This document shows, in pieces, positions 12,005 to 24,397 of a stretch of DNA of 64,000 nt. Position 1 is the first letter of the stretch, and each line of letters begins with the position of its first letter. The notes beneath the pieces were generated by a model. That model saw only the letters and a list, made by a program, of their open reading frames with translations. It made no database searches and was not told the DNA's origin. A program made the translations under genes and the position numbers. Origin of the DNA: Nymphaea colorata. Taxonomy: Eukaryota. The stretch is taken from the NCBI RefSeq assembly GCF_008831285.2, contig NC_045138.2:37572001-37636000 (forward strand), in the 5' to 3' direction.

Positions 12005-14568
12005 GTATATCCAATTAATGACTTGATTTGGAAAACGTTTAGTGTTGGAAGCTGGTAACGATGGGTCCGAACCAAATCCAAACTCTTCACATATCTACGT
12101 TTAGACACACGGTTCTAGAAGAAATAATTAATCTTTTAAATATGTACCTTTCAGATCCGGGAAACGCGATAGGCGACCATGAATTCAGATGACAAGGGAC
12201 ACCACCCAATTCTTTTGGACATGTGGGTCGGAGGCTTCTGACCATGAATCCGTAGCCATGTAAACAAGATCAAAGAAAGCAAGAAAGTAAAAGACAAGAA
12301 GAAAGAAAGCGTGATGCACCACCGGGAATTGGGGAGAGATAAAAACAAGGCAGATCGGCAAGATTGACGTCCATTTACGTGACTGTGACTCTGCTTTGTC
12401 AATTTATGTAAAATATTTAGCAAAGATGTCTTCCTACTTTAGCTGTGCTCGTTTATCTTTTTAGTCAAGAAGAGAAAATAAAACTGCAGACCGGTGGTGA
12501 TCATGAATTTGTACACCAAGGGGGCAAGGAGCATGTATTTTCTCTAAATGGATGATCATACAATGGGTGTACAAACAGCATCATGTGCTTTTAGTATGAA
12601 AACGGTAAAAGAAAATTCTGCCGACTTTATAGTGATTAATTTTCTTGTTGATCACTGCCCATGGTAAGATTAATATTTGTGACTGCCCTCCATATATTAC
12701 GTGTATACGATGATCAATATATATCATTTTTCGGACATGAACTTTTTGACATAAGTAATTAATTTTACGTGACCTATTGTATATCTTTTATCATCAGTTG
12801 AAATTAAAATTAACCATCTGTACGTTCATGCAGACATCAACTTTTAATTTGATGTATCAGGAATTAACCTTACCTGACCTAGTGTACATTTTTAAGCCAG
12901 TTGAAAGCCCACGACCACTCATGACATGCAACACGTCCCACCAAATTAACAGCGGGTTTGAAGAAGGAAGCTTATTATTTTTTCTGTCGTTACTTATGCG
13001 ATCCAAACACATTTAGACAATATACATTCATCCATAATTAATTTCTTCGAAACTAGTAATGTTTGTTGAGCATCTTGTCACAGTATCCAGCCCTCTCATC
13101 CCTGGAAATTCTGTTAGAACCACATGTTTGTTGAGCAATTATATCTACTTCGATCAAACTTTAAGACAAAAGCCGCTAATTGCAAATTACTTAAACAAAT
13201 TCCATCCAGATGCTTCTCTCAACCAAGCATGCTTAACTTCGAATTCTGATGCTGTTATTGTTTTCCAAGCCTATATAGCTTAAGAATCTAATGGACTTGC
13301 TAATGAAAGCTTCGTTGATCACTTGAAATTTATGACCCTCAAGTTGAAGAAGATTAAGCGTTAATTCCAATTAAGGTGTGTTTCTTCGACATGAAGTGTT
13401 AAAGCTCCTGCCTCACTCCAGCTTTTCGTTCCTCCCAAAATGTTGGAAAAAGAAAAGCTAATCTCTATGCTGCAATCTAGTCCAGATGAATTATTTGATC
13501 TGTCAGACACCTGAGTTGGGGCTAATGCGTGCCACAAAGTTTTTGATAATTTCTTCTTTGCTTGAAAGATGCGATTTGGGCTTTGGATGATTGACATATC
13601 ACTGACAGATGACTGGTACTTCGTGGAAGATCCAAATTATTGTACGCCAATCTAGGTGCCTAACATTCTATTGCTGGATCTCTAACCCTTTCGGATCCAA
13701 AATTAATCGCTTGAGATGTTCTGCTGGAAGGCAACCTGCATTAGCATATTTCTTCCCCTCATTTGCGACGTCAAAGCTGTGCCCGTTGAAAGTGGTTCTT
13801 AACTGGACGGTAAAGTGCACCGGAAGTTGGTCGGTCTCCGGCACAGTGCAGACCGAGAAGTTTATACGGCCATGTCTGGATTTGGGTTGTACATTCCGGC
13901 CGACATTCTTCGCAACCTAGTTGCAGCTTTCTTCCAATCTCAATGGCGGTACTCCACTTAATACGACCTGAGCTTAAAGACCTGGTCCGCCCACCATGAT
14001 CCGTGGCCTTTTCTTCACATCCCAATCCCAAGAATCATAGAGAAAATTAATATGTATACCTATCTCTATAAATGAGCCAGCCTAGCTCCGCCCAGAACTG
14101 GTATCTGGGGACAGTACTACTGGTGCGGCAGCCGGGGCCGTCTGCTACCTGATTGTTCATGTTCATGTACTTGAGAAACCAAGCATCGAAACTTACCCAA
14201 AACATAAATGGGTAAATAAGTAAAATGTTAATCCTTTACCATATTGGAATTGCTTTTGAGAATATACATAGATATGTACATACATACCGTTGATGTCTTA
14301 ATGTGGTGGTTCCAAGTTCCAATAATATGAATGTCTTTTCGTTTGTGGGTGTCTGCTCCTTTGGAACAAAATCACCATGTAAAATGTAGGGCTCCCATTC
14401 TGTTTCTTGTGGTGATATGTCTATATGTAAAAAGAGAGATGCCTTGATATATATCTCATGTAGAGAGGAATTACATAAATAGAAATAGGAAGTTTAAGTT
14501 AGAATTTCAGCATAAAGTACATATAGAACTAGGCAGAAGCAATCAAGGAATTTTCCAGAAGTTCCCAT

Positions 14569-14601
14569 TCAGGACTGGTGTTTCTTCGCTTCCTTCTCCG
14601 C
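14569..14601 (-). CDS. HVA22F: HVA22f-like exon 5 (terminal)
   Basis: TGCAG|GCG GAG AAG GAA GCG AAG AAA CAC CAG TCC TGA encodes [10 protein letters not shown]. Confidence 0.88.
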   Translation of the reverse strand, partial: AEKEAKKHQS

Positions 14602-16483
14602 CTGCAACGTAAAATTTGAACCTTTATGGTCATGACCAGGCAAGCCGAACAATATCTTAAAAGCAAAGGCACCATAATGGCACACGCTCACACACACACA
14701 CACACATGATCATTTGTGCAGAAGAAATTAAAAAAAAAAAAAAAGAACAAGAAAAAGGATCCAAAGCAATTCTTGAGGAATAGTAGTTGGTACTTACTGC
14801 TTTGAGAACTCTTTCGAAGGCTTCCGGCCCGTATTCATCGATGTAACGTTCAACCGATCGCCTTGCGTCGAGGCTCATCATATGCAACACCTTCCTCTGA
14901 TCATCTGTAATGGTGGAAGAGCCGAAGCGATCTACGATCTTCAGCTGCTTTCTCACTACATTCTCGTAAATGTAAGCTGCTCCGTTGAATACGGGCAATA
15001 CCAACCATAAAGAAACTAACAGCTTCATGTAAGGCCAAAGCGGGAACCTGTCATTGGAAGAACTTTTGAGTGAGATAATTGTTGTTGGCAAATAATTACT
15101 CAAAATTGCATAAGTTTTTGCAGAGAGATTCTTTTGAAAATCATCACAATCGCCATGCATTTGCTTCAATTCTTCCTTCTTAGTCTAGAATTACGTTCAA
15201 GCAACACGATCAACTTTGAAACGATGGTTCCTAGTTCAGAGCGAGTTGCTCCATTTTCTGCTTACCAGACAAGGAATTTCCAGAAGGAGAGCTCAAACAA
15301 GGCTATTAACGAGTACAGCACCCAATATGTGAGCCACTGTTGATCATCAAGTGCAGAAGGGCTCTCGATTGCACGTATCGATGAATACCTGATCATCAAA
15401 TTCATCACCAAATTAAGAACCATCATATTGGAACACCATCGTGTAAAATATCTTCATAATTCAAACAAGCCTAACAAAAATGTGAATTACATTCACCATC
15501 CATACTGCAAATTATATGACCCTCGCCTCCTCATGGCTCTGCTAATGCATGCATTGTCTCAAGATCCATAAGCTATGCAGTTTCTAAAATATGTGCTTCG
15601 ATCAATTGGAGCCAACAAGGTCAGCTCAGTCCACCCGGTTGAGGGGTTGGACGGAGTCTTTCAGATCGAAGGTCATCAAGAGCTTGGCTCTATTGTTGGT
15701 TCTATCCAACCAAAGATTTTCAATACTTAAAAACTAATGTACAATAGTTGGGAATTGGAGTCCTTTCCTCATAAGCATCTCTAATGAAAGAGTCGTTCGG
15801 CCATGGCCCATCTTTTACACATACACATAGCTAACGTTTTAAGTCCAGCAAAAGTAGCATCTACAAATTACCGAAACATGGTTTAATAATTGATTTCTTG
15901 AACATTTTAAGTCATTAGCATCATAAAGATATAATGCAACGAAATTTTGTTGAGCTTTTTATAAAGTATAAACAACTTAACTACCAAAGTCAGGAAGGGA
16001 TTTCTATCTTCTGATGGGTGCGAATTCCATATATTTAAACTTTTCCTTAGTCACTAAAAAGGCCAAAAACTATTACTAAACTAACTTTTGGTACTTACAT
16101 TTGGAACAAACAAAAATTACAGATAAAACAAGACGGTGGCCTTAATCTGATGAGGACGTGTGCCTTTGTTGGACTCAACCCATCAACAATCGACGATATT
16201 GCCCCAACTTATGAACGGATATTGCAAAACCACGAATCTCCTTTTCTTTTTATATTCACCATGAATGTGCATGTATAGGAAAACCTATAATTCGCCGTCC
16301 ATACTTAAAATTGACACTCCGCTGTAAAACTTTGGTTATCCTTCTTAAATATTTTTGTTTAGTTAATCATACTAATTGATTCGGAACAACTTTCTGGCGA
16401 CTGCATCTCTCCAAACCGTTAATCCAACGCATGAGATGAAATCACGATTTAACATTTCAAGAAACTGGTGTCATCATCTTAGC

Positions 16484-16524
<41 letters not shown>

Positions 16525-17231
16525 AAGTGAATGGTGAATCTGTTATTTAGAATAACCTAGCTCATTCACGAGGGATGTTTGATTCATCTTGATGGATGTT
16601 TGAGAAAGAAACAAGGAGAAAAAGGTATGGACTGATACTATAATGAAAAAATGAAAAAAAAATGAAAATGTTTGTCACCTTTGTTCTTTGTTTTTTTTCT
16701 CAACTGCATATCACGATAGATCGAGCTCTTGTAAGTGAAATGAGTGACTTTAATCTCGAGACTCAACATTTATTTTTCATATAATAACGAGAAAGAGAGA
16801 ATGCTTACAGGGGATAAATGAGCATCACTAGCGGCCTGTAAAACGGAAAAAACAAATAACGTCAGAATGAATTTGTTAGACACAATTTTAATGTATGTGC
16901 TCAAACTTCAAATTCTCAAACCTATGGTTTGAGTAGGTTTTCCGATCCTAGGAAATTCAAACCACGGACGACATATATATATATATATATATATATATTG
17001 AAATCTTCCAACCCTTCTTGTCCAATCACTACTGCTTGAGGCTTGCATCAAGGGAATGTGATTAAATAGACTTGACGATGTAGAGGAAGGTGGATTTCTC
17101 TATCAAGTCTGGGCAGAGAAATATATACATATATATATATATATATAGAGGGAGAGAGAGAGAGAGAGATGTTTTGTTAGATACCCCAAAAATGCATCTA
17201 GATGTCGAGCAATAGCTAAGAGGACGCCCAT
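14569..17231 (-). CDS. HVA22F: HVA22-like protein f (TB2/DP1/HVA22, REEP/YOP1 family), full gene model, 159 aa
   Basis: Exons 17231-17185, 16835-16809, 15388-15266, 15047-14798 and 14601-14569 total 480 nt; all introns are GT-AG and phases are consistent. Protein: [76 protein letters not shown]...[19 protein letters not shown]...[19 protein letters not shown] is the family motif; MMSLDAR is typical of HVA22f. Confidence 0.95.
14798..15047 (-). CDS. HVA22F: HVA22f-like exon 4
   Basis: [32 protein letters not shown]...FERVLKA; donor GCA|GTAAGT. Confidence 0.93.
15266..15388 (-). CDS. HVA22F: HVA22f-like exon 3
   Basis: [44 protein letters not shown] acceptor, GTAAG donor. Confidence 0.93.
16809..16835 (-). 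CDS. HVA22F: HVA22f-like exon 2 (27-nt microexon)
   Basis: TACAG|G CCG CTA GTG ATG CTC ATT TAT CCC CT|GTAAG encodes PLVMLIYPL. Confidence 0.9.
17185..17231 (-). CDS. HVA22F: HVA22f-like exon 1
   Basis: ATG at 17231; [16 protein letters not shown]; donor GG|GTATCT. Confidence 0.9.
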
Positions 17232-20200
17232 GATGAATTCCGCTACCACCTTCCTGCCTATCTCCTTCGACGTATCGACTCTTAGATCAAACCAGTTTGA
17301 TCCTTTTTGAGATAGCGATGGAGAGAGAGAGAGCGAGATCTGCATATATATATATAGATATACGTGTATACGGGAAGAAGAAGATGGAAAGGGGAAGATG
17401 AAGAAGTAGTTAGCAGCAAGGCTAAGCAAACCCAGCGTCCTTCTATTCCTAAACCTAATGGAGGGGCCAAAGGCTTCTTTCCTCCAAAACCAAGATAACG
17501 ACAGAGAATGAAAATCATTATTGAAAGCAAAAGCGAGAGTAGGAAAAAGGAAAAGGAAACCAAAGCGAAGAGCTGTATGTAGTTTTTTTCTAAAAGTAAA
17601 GAGACAGTGAATCTTGCTAGTTGGCCTTGCTTAAGGCGTTAATTGTTGCGGGCGTTAGTTATTCTTAACAACAGAGATGCAATCAAATGGTAGAATTTTG
17701 CTTTTGAAATTTTGATTGGTTTCTTTCTGCATTGTGTGATCGAAAAGAGAAGAATTCAGCTTATTACTTCTTTATCATCGTTACATTCATCTCCATTTCC
17801 CTGTAAAGGGATTAGTCATTAATTTCCTGCATGTGCCTTTCTTGTCACAGGCCGGGAAAGAAGGAAATCAAGAAAGGATTCATGAAGCCACAAAATGCAG
17901 TTAGAATTGAAGGGAGATTCGCAATTTCCCTTACGTGAGGAATGAAACACAAGAACTCGAACTGGAAAGAGTTGGAAATCGTCATTTCCCAAATTATCTG
18001 GACATATGGAACCGGGAGAAACTTGACAAGACCCCTGGGTCAAAGTTAGACGCGTCCCAAAAATTAAGCCATTCCATCAAACTGGGCCAACATGTCGATT
18101 ACGCGCACATGCATGCGTCAAAACTTCACCAAAAGCGTTTTTTGGACGACTCAGTAAACAGTAAATTGCAGGAAATACTGAAAGCATCAACTGTCAAACA
18201 CTGCAGGCCTCCATTTTTATTACTCCCAACATTAATATTTCATGGGAATTTGAATTAGAAGATGCCAAAAGAGTACCTTCAAAGGAATATGAAATACCAA
18301 CAAAGAGAAAAACACAACAATAACGAGAAAATCAAGGCGGAATCCCTTCTACTATCAAATCTTCATGCCCTTAATAATTAAGTTCATCCTTTTTTTCAAA
18401 GCTTTATTCACCATTAATTCTTCAAGTTTTTTCAACTATGAAACTGGCTACTAATATAAATTGTACTCTCCAAATGTATGAGCTGGACCTTAGCCAGATG
18501 GAGTGCATTTAGATTGATTCTGATATCTGCACAGGGAAAAAAGGTTAAAAAACTGTCGCTTTCTGGAATAATAAAGAGGAGGGCGGGACCCACGCCTTCG
18601 AGGTATCAGAGGGATGTCCTGTGCCGCCTGGGCGTCATTATTGGCGCCACGTCATGCTGCAGCAGCCCCCCCCATGCATGATGATACATGCATCCCATGG
18701 CATGGTACATGATGGATGATGACCATGGTGGCCATGCACCATGTACCTACCGCTGTCAGGCACAGAACCTGCGATGGCGTACCGCGTACGGCTTTCTTCA
18801 TGAAGTAAAAGTCCATAATACCCTCGACCGCAAAAGCCAGTCCCGATGACCCCTCGTCGTCTTTTTTTTTTTTTCTTTTTGCCGAGTAGTCGAGAATGCC
18901 CATGGCCTTTGAGTGTCGGCGGTCCGACGCACTTGGCCATTCACGAACGAATAATTTTTCCTTTTCTTTTAATTAATGAAATTTTACATGCTCAAATGAA
19001 CATGAAAGAAGATATTCTAAGATCGTGTCCAAATTGTTTCCATCTTATTTGATGGATGTTCAAATTAAGTGAGTTCAAAGCCATGTGAGATTAATTATGT
19101 ACAAAAGCTACACGTCAAGTCATTTTTAAAAATTAAACAGTAACTATATTTTGAGATGAGCATAAGATAGTTGGTCGATTTGGCAGAAAAATTGAATTGG
19201 TTATTAGTTTGATTCTCATACACTTATTACTGCAAATAATAATAAGAACTCAACGTCCTTAGTTGATGGATGTATACCATATTTCGCCCAAATCAATCAA
19301 GAAGGAGCTGTGAACATTAAGGCCAAGAAAAATTGAAAGGGCTGCGGCGCTTCTTAGGATAGCTTCACTCACACGAACAGTTGATTTGAATAACCCTACG
19401 CGTATATGTCGCTTTGCAAAACCCTTATAAACTTAATCAAACGACTAATAAATATTTCACAGTGTTTTTTTTTTTTTTACGTCTATCAAGTTTGCATTAA
19501 TGTTGTACGGTAACGCGTGTCACGTTGGCACCACCCAAGATTATTGGTAGCATGTTTCAACATGATATCTATATACATATTCTGGCTACAATCATAAATT
19601 CTCAAGATACATATTTAATTATATCGACACTCAAGATTGTTGCGTTTCATCAACTTATTATATTCTTACAAGGAAGTTTTGTTTCCTTTTATCTTTTGGG
19701 TAATATCGAACCCGCAATGCAAAATTAAGATCTTCCCACCCACCGAGGAGTGCAGCAAGTTGCTCCCATCTATCTTCTTGACATATACTGAACCCGACAA
19801 ACTCGTTTTTGGAGACCTACAAAGATCTGACGTCAGTTCTCTGGGAAAGGGTTGTTCTTAGATCTTACCTCCTTCTTTCTGGTGTGCATAGACTGTGATG
19901 ATCAGCCAACTGAGGTTCTCATTTTGGAAGGCATCAAATATTTGGGACCGCTTCTCTTGTCTGTGGATTCCTAAGCCTGAGAATCTTGAGATGATGACAT
20001 TTCCGAGGTGATCAAACCCCCACCCTGGTTCTTCACGGGAAGAGCAAAACTAATCAACCCCAGCATCGTAGATCAAATGGGAACATGAGAGATCTTAGCG
20101 CAAATTTGGACGCCTTAGAACTTCAGTTGATTCTGTTCACCAACTCCCACTTTTGCTAATTAAATCGAAGTCAACGAAGTTAGTCTCTATAATTTTTAGA

Positions 20201-21798
20201 TCTCACCCTACTCAGCCTCGTTCATGTACCCGGACTAAGTAGCGGACCGACGTTATATGTGGGATAAGGACAAGATTACCTGTTCAAATGCAAATTCAGA
20301 GCCTTATTTTGTCTCCGTGTTATAAAAATCTTCGTTTCTTACCTTCTCGTCTTCCCAATTCAAAAGAAGTTTTTCTCCACCTTTCTTTGTTTCGTTGGGC
20401 CGTAATTGTTGCCTTTGAAATGACAGTGTCGGCGTAATCCTCATTCTCTAGTACGTGGATCGCGAACCTCAGACTCGGTGCATGTCATGAACCCTCGTTG
20501 GCAGGTCAGGGAGGTTTTCCGGCTACTGAACGCACAAATGCCGGAAAATTCAATGTGGTGGCTTCCTCCGTTGCCTGGTAGCTAGCCAGGTTGAACTTGG
20601 TAGAGCAGTTTAATGGGTGGATGGGTGACTGTCTGTTGTCCAAGTAATTAGAGAAACTTGCCAATTCTAGGAAATCTCTCCCTCTCTCTCAAATTAAAGA
20701 TGTACGTGGTTGATGAGCCGATAAGCATCATCACCGCAGGTCAGTAATTGCAAAACTGTAGTTCGAGAGCACTTCCTTCCTCTCTTAATTGCTGCACAGG
20801 TACATGAAATGCTCTGCAACAAAATCTCACCAGCTTAATCCTTCAAAAGCTTGGAACTGAAGGAGAATCCCAACTTCGCCACTTTCTCTTGAAAGATGTA
20901 CATCGAGCCATCGAGTTTCCAGTAGGTTCTAAGACTTCTTTATTTAACGTTGTTGAGTAGTGCAGGTAACGGCGGCAATAGACAAATGTGTGCAGTCTCG
21001 TTCTGAGGAAAGTGAGGTGGCCAATTCTGCTTCACTTGTGCGCTGTTACTACACATGCACAATTCATGACGGGATTGAAGAAAGAGATGAACAGCTCTCT
21101 TTTGGAGCATACGAATTTCTGTAGCCTTGACGTGACATCAAGCGGCTTCCATGGTTATTTACTGTGTGCCGAGGCCAGCTGAGTACCTGTCTTAATTATG
21201 GCAGCAGCAATCTGCTGTCTAACTCATATATATGGCCCTTGTTTTTCAGCTTTTTTGCTGGTTATAAATGGAGAGTCAGGTTGGGTAGTTACAAAAGAAG
21301 AAGAAAGTTAGAGTGAGAAAAAGAGAAAATGAAATCAGTGATTGAACTTGTTATATAAACACTACCAAGTTTAATTGCTGATTTTTTATAGCTTTTTGTG
21401 TTATGAAATTTAATCTACACATCAGTTTCTTACGTTTTTGATATGTAAATCTAAGCAGTCTAGCCATGCAGAACAGTAAGTAGGAAGCCTGCCCAAGCCA
21501 AATCTAAGGCACGTTTCTACTTCTGACAACCTAACCATGAAAATCCCTGTTGCTGAATGCATGTTTCATCGCCAACCACGACTCAGAAAGCGGGCCACAT
21601 TTTATGGCTCCCACGAAGAATGTGCCCTGTGGTGGGAAATATTATAGCCAATTAAATGCAACATTGGGAAAAGATATCCACCGACTAATATATACTTAGC
21701 CAAACTTCATTGTAAGATTTGATTCCACATGGTTCATTTGTGCAAATATCATCATCTATGCAAACACACTTTTTTTTTTTCAGGAAAAAATATATGTT

Positions 21799-21886
21799 AG
21801 TAGCTCATACACAGTTGAGGGCCGCTGTCATGAATAAGGGTGAGTAGCTCATACACAGTTGGGGGCCCCTGTCATGAATAAGGGTG
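21799..21886. repeat. 44-bp tandem duplication
   Basis: AGTAGCTCATACACAGTTG(A/G)GGGCC(G/C)CTGTCATGAATAAGGGTG twice, with 2 mismatches. Confidence 0.9.
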
Positions 21887-24397
21887 ATCTGAACAAACAA
21901 CTGCAGCAGAATTGAGCATGGAGGTATATCAGTAGTTCCAACATTATCAAACTCAAACGTGGAGATACATACTTGATTTCTCTGCAAAATATAAGGGGCA
22001 TGTTTGATTGCGTGGATAATCAGTCCGCTGCTCAAAGATGTCTGAAACGCATAAAACTCATTCAGATTTCTAGTTTAACAAGCATTATGTTTTTCTCAAT
22101 GGACGTTTTTGTCAATTGTCCATCGACCAAAGAAAAAAGGGTCCAACAGAAAGTCCAAATCTTTAATTGCAGTTGGATTTATGCACTCGGAAACATTTTT
22201 CCGAGAAATCAAACATAACTTAGTGGCATATGCAGCACATACAAATGGGCTGCATGCATGTCGACTCCCCATCTAGAGGTAGTGGCTGCTCAGCCTTTTC
22301 TTTCTTGTGCAGAATGAGTTCTTATTCCAATTGACTGTCACTTCATGTATATCTTACATGCTAACTGCTATTTCTTTTCCCTTTTTTTAATGTTTAGTAA
22401 CTCGTAGAAGGTGAAAAATAAGAGTCACAAACTGTGCCCTGCGCCATAAATTCATAATATAGCATATTGTCATCTGATTTTTGTGAACAGTTAACCGTCG
22501 GACGGACGTCATATATATATATATATATATATATATATCATACATAAATATGCGTGTATGAGCTGTCAAATATAACTACCACTGACCCTTTTAAAAAAAT
22601 TATTTTACATGCGTTCAACAATGCGCCGCCCGATCGTGGTGATCAGATCAGATGTCTCGTAGTAGTAGTAGTAGTAGAGTATCTATGATGGACCTTACAG
22701 TAATAACATTGCATCAACTTATAGCCATGCCCACCTACAGTTCAGGCTTTCTCAAGCATTAATCGCCGTAGTAAGACATGGTGAAACCTTGTCATTCTAC
22801 ACGACAGGATGATCCCCACCCACCTCTGAACTGGGTTTTACCTCTCAAGGAGTAGTGGTCTCTCTCTTAATTAGCTGCTTCCTCGTCATATTAAAAGGAA
22901 GAAAAGGGGAGGTGGCATGTGAGGGCTGTGAAGTTAAAGCAACTGCATGGTTGACTAATCGACTGACTCTTACTATAAACAGGTTTAGCTTACATAATCT
23001 ACATCAGTACCGTATCTATTCTCACTCCAACTCGATCTTGGAATTATTGGTTATTAGCTTTCGACCAAGTGAACCTTGTCAATTCAATTTTGGGCTGGAT
23101 TTAAGGACCTGAGTCAAATCAGCCAGAATTTCCCAAAATTTTCTCTAGTTGTCATAATCCCGTATGTACTAGTTGCGATTCTTTCTGAAACTATTGACTG
23201 TTTTCTGGTTGTTGGCAATCAATATTTTTGCAGCTCAAATTCCATACAAACTTAGATGCCTGCCCTACTGAAGGCGTCATTAATTAATCTGATCTTGGAA
23301 TGGCAGAATTTGACAGCACTCAAGGAAATCTGGACTTCAGAGATCAATGGAAATTCTCAAGAGAATTGTAGACATTTGTACCACATTTCTCCAGGTAGAC
23401 AATTCCTTTCAATTGCTCCATCAAATGCCAAAATTTTATTGAATGTTTATATGCCAAACAAAACCACCTCTTCAAATCCCTAGATCATGGGCATAATAAA
23501 CATATGCATAGGAGCTAAAAGCTGCGGTTTTAACTGATGACGATGGATATCTGATGCAGCATCCAGTAGTACCTTCGTGCACCATCTGGAAATGGCATAA
23601 ACAAAACAACTTAAGAATAGAGGATGGGACAACCTCACCCTGCAAAGCTCTCTGGTGAATGTTCTGGTGTCAAAAGGAAGGCTTGCTGACGAATGCTTTA
23701 AGTTCAAAATGATCTTACATAATTATTTAGTGTGTTAAATTCATAAATACAGTCAAAAGCAAAAAATAACAGAAGAGAAGCAGCTAAGTCAATTAGAAAA
23801 CAACTCGGTTATTTCAATTAGAAAGCAACTCCATTTTTCCAGGGAAATTTTTGTTTGAAAGCCCGAGGTTCCACCATTCAAATACCTGCCCAGGCTTGGC
23901 ACCAGTTTGTTTTCAGAAACATATTGCAAACAAATAGTATAACGCAAAGTGCTGTCTCATAGATTATCCAAGAGCATACATACGTTGTGGAATAAAAATG
24001 ATAATGATACAACTCGTTGCGGTAGATAGGCCTAACTAAAAAAGGTTCTTGCTTTGCATGGCAAGCTGGTCCATCAGGATACCTAGATTTTGCTTTTGGT
24101 GGATGGAAGAGATATTAAAACTTTAAGTTGATAGAATGCTAGGTTCTTTTCATGGAACGAAAGCATGTTGATGCTTTGCTTCATACCAAGAAAACCAAGC
24201 TACTATCTGCAGCCTTTTGCTTGAAGGATATGGATATGGAAGTAAAAGTTCCTTTGTCACGATGCTGCAGCAGAGCCTGCCCTATAGGCTTAAAATTAAA
24301 TTCCTTAATCTAATAGGCTATGAAGAATCAATTTCTAACTACCACTGTTTCTCTAACTCAGGCATATCAGGTCTGACACTCCGAGACAAACTTGCTG

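Noticed and set aside
13609..14031. Overlapping ORFs downstream of HVA22f
   Set aside because: No recognisable protein motif or splice structure.
17901..17920. TTAGAATTGAAGGGAGATTC, resembling miR159
   Set aside because: Several mismatches and no long fold-back seen.
18638..18940. Short minus-strand ORFs in the GC-rich island
   Set aside because: Explained by GC content and a poly(T) run; no recognisable family.
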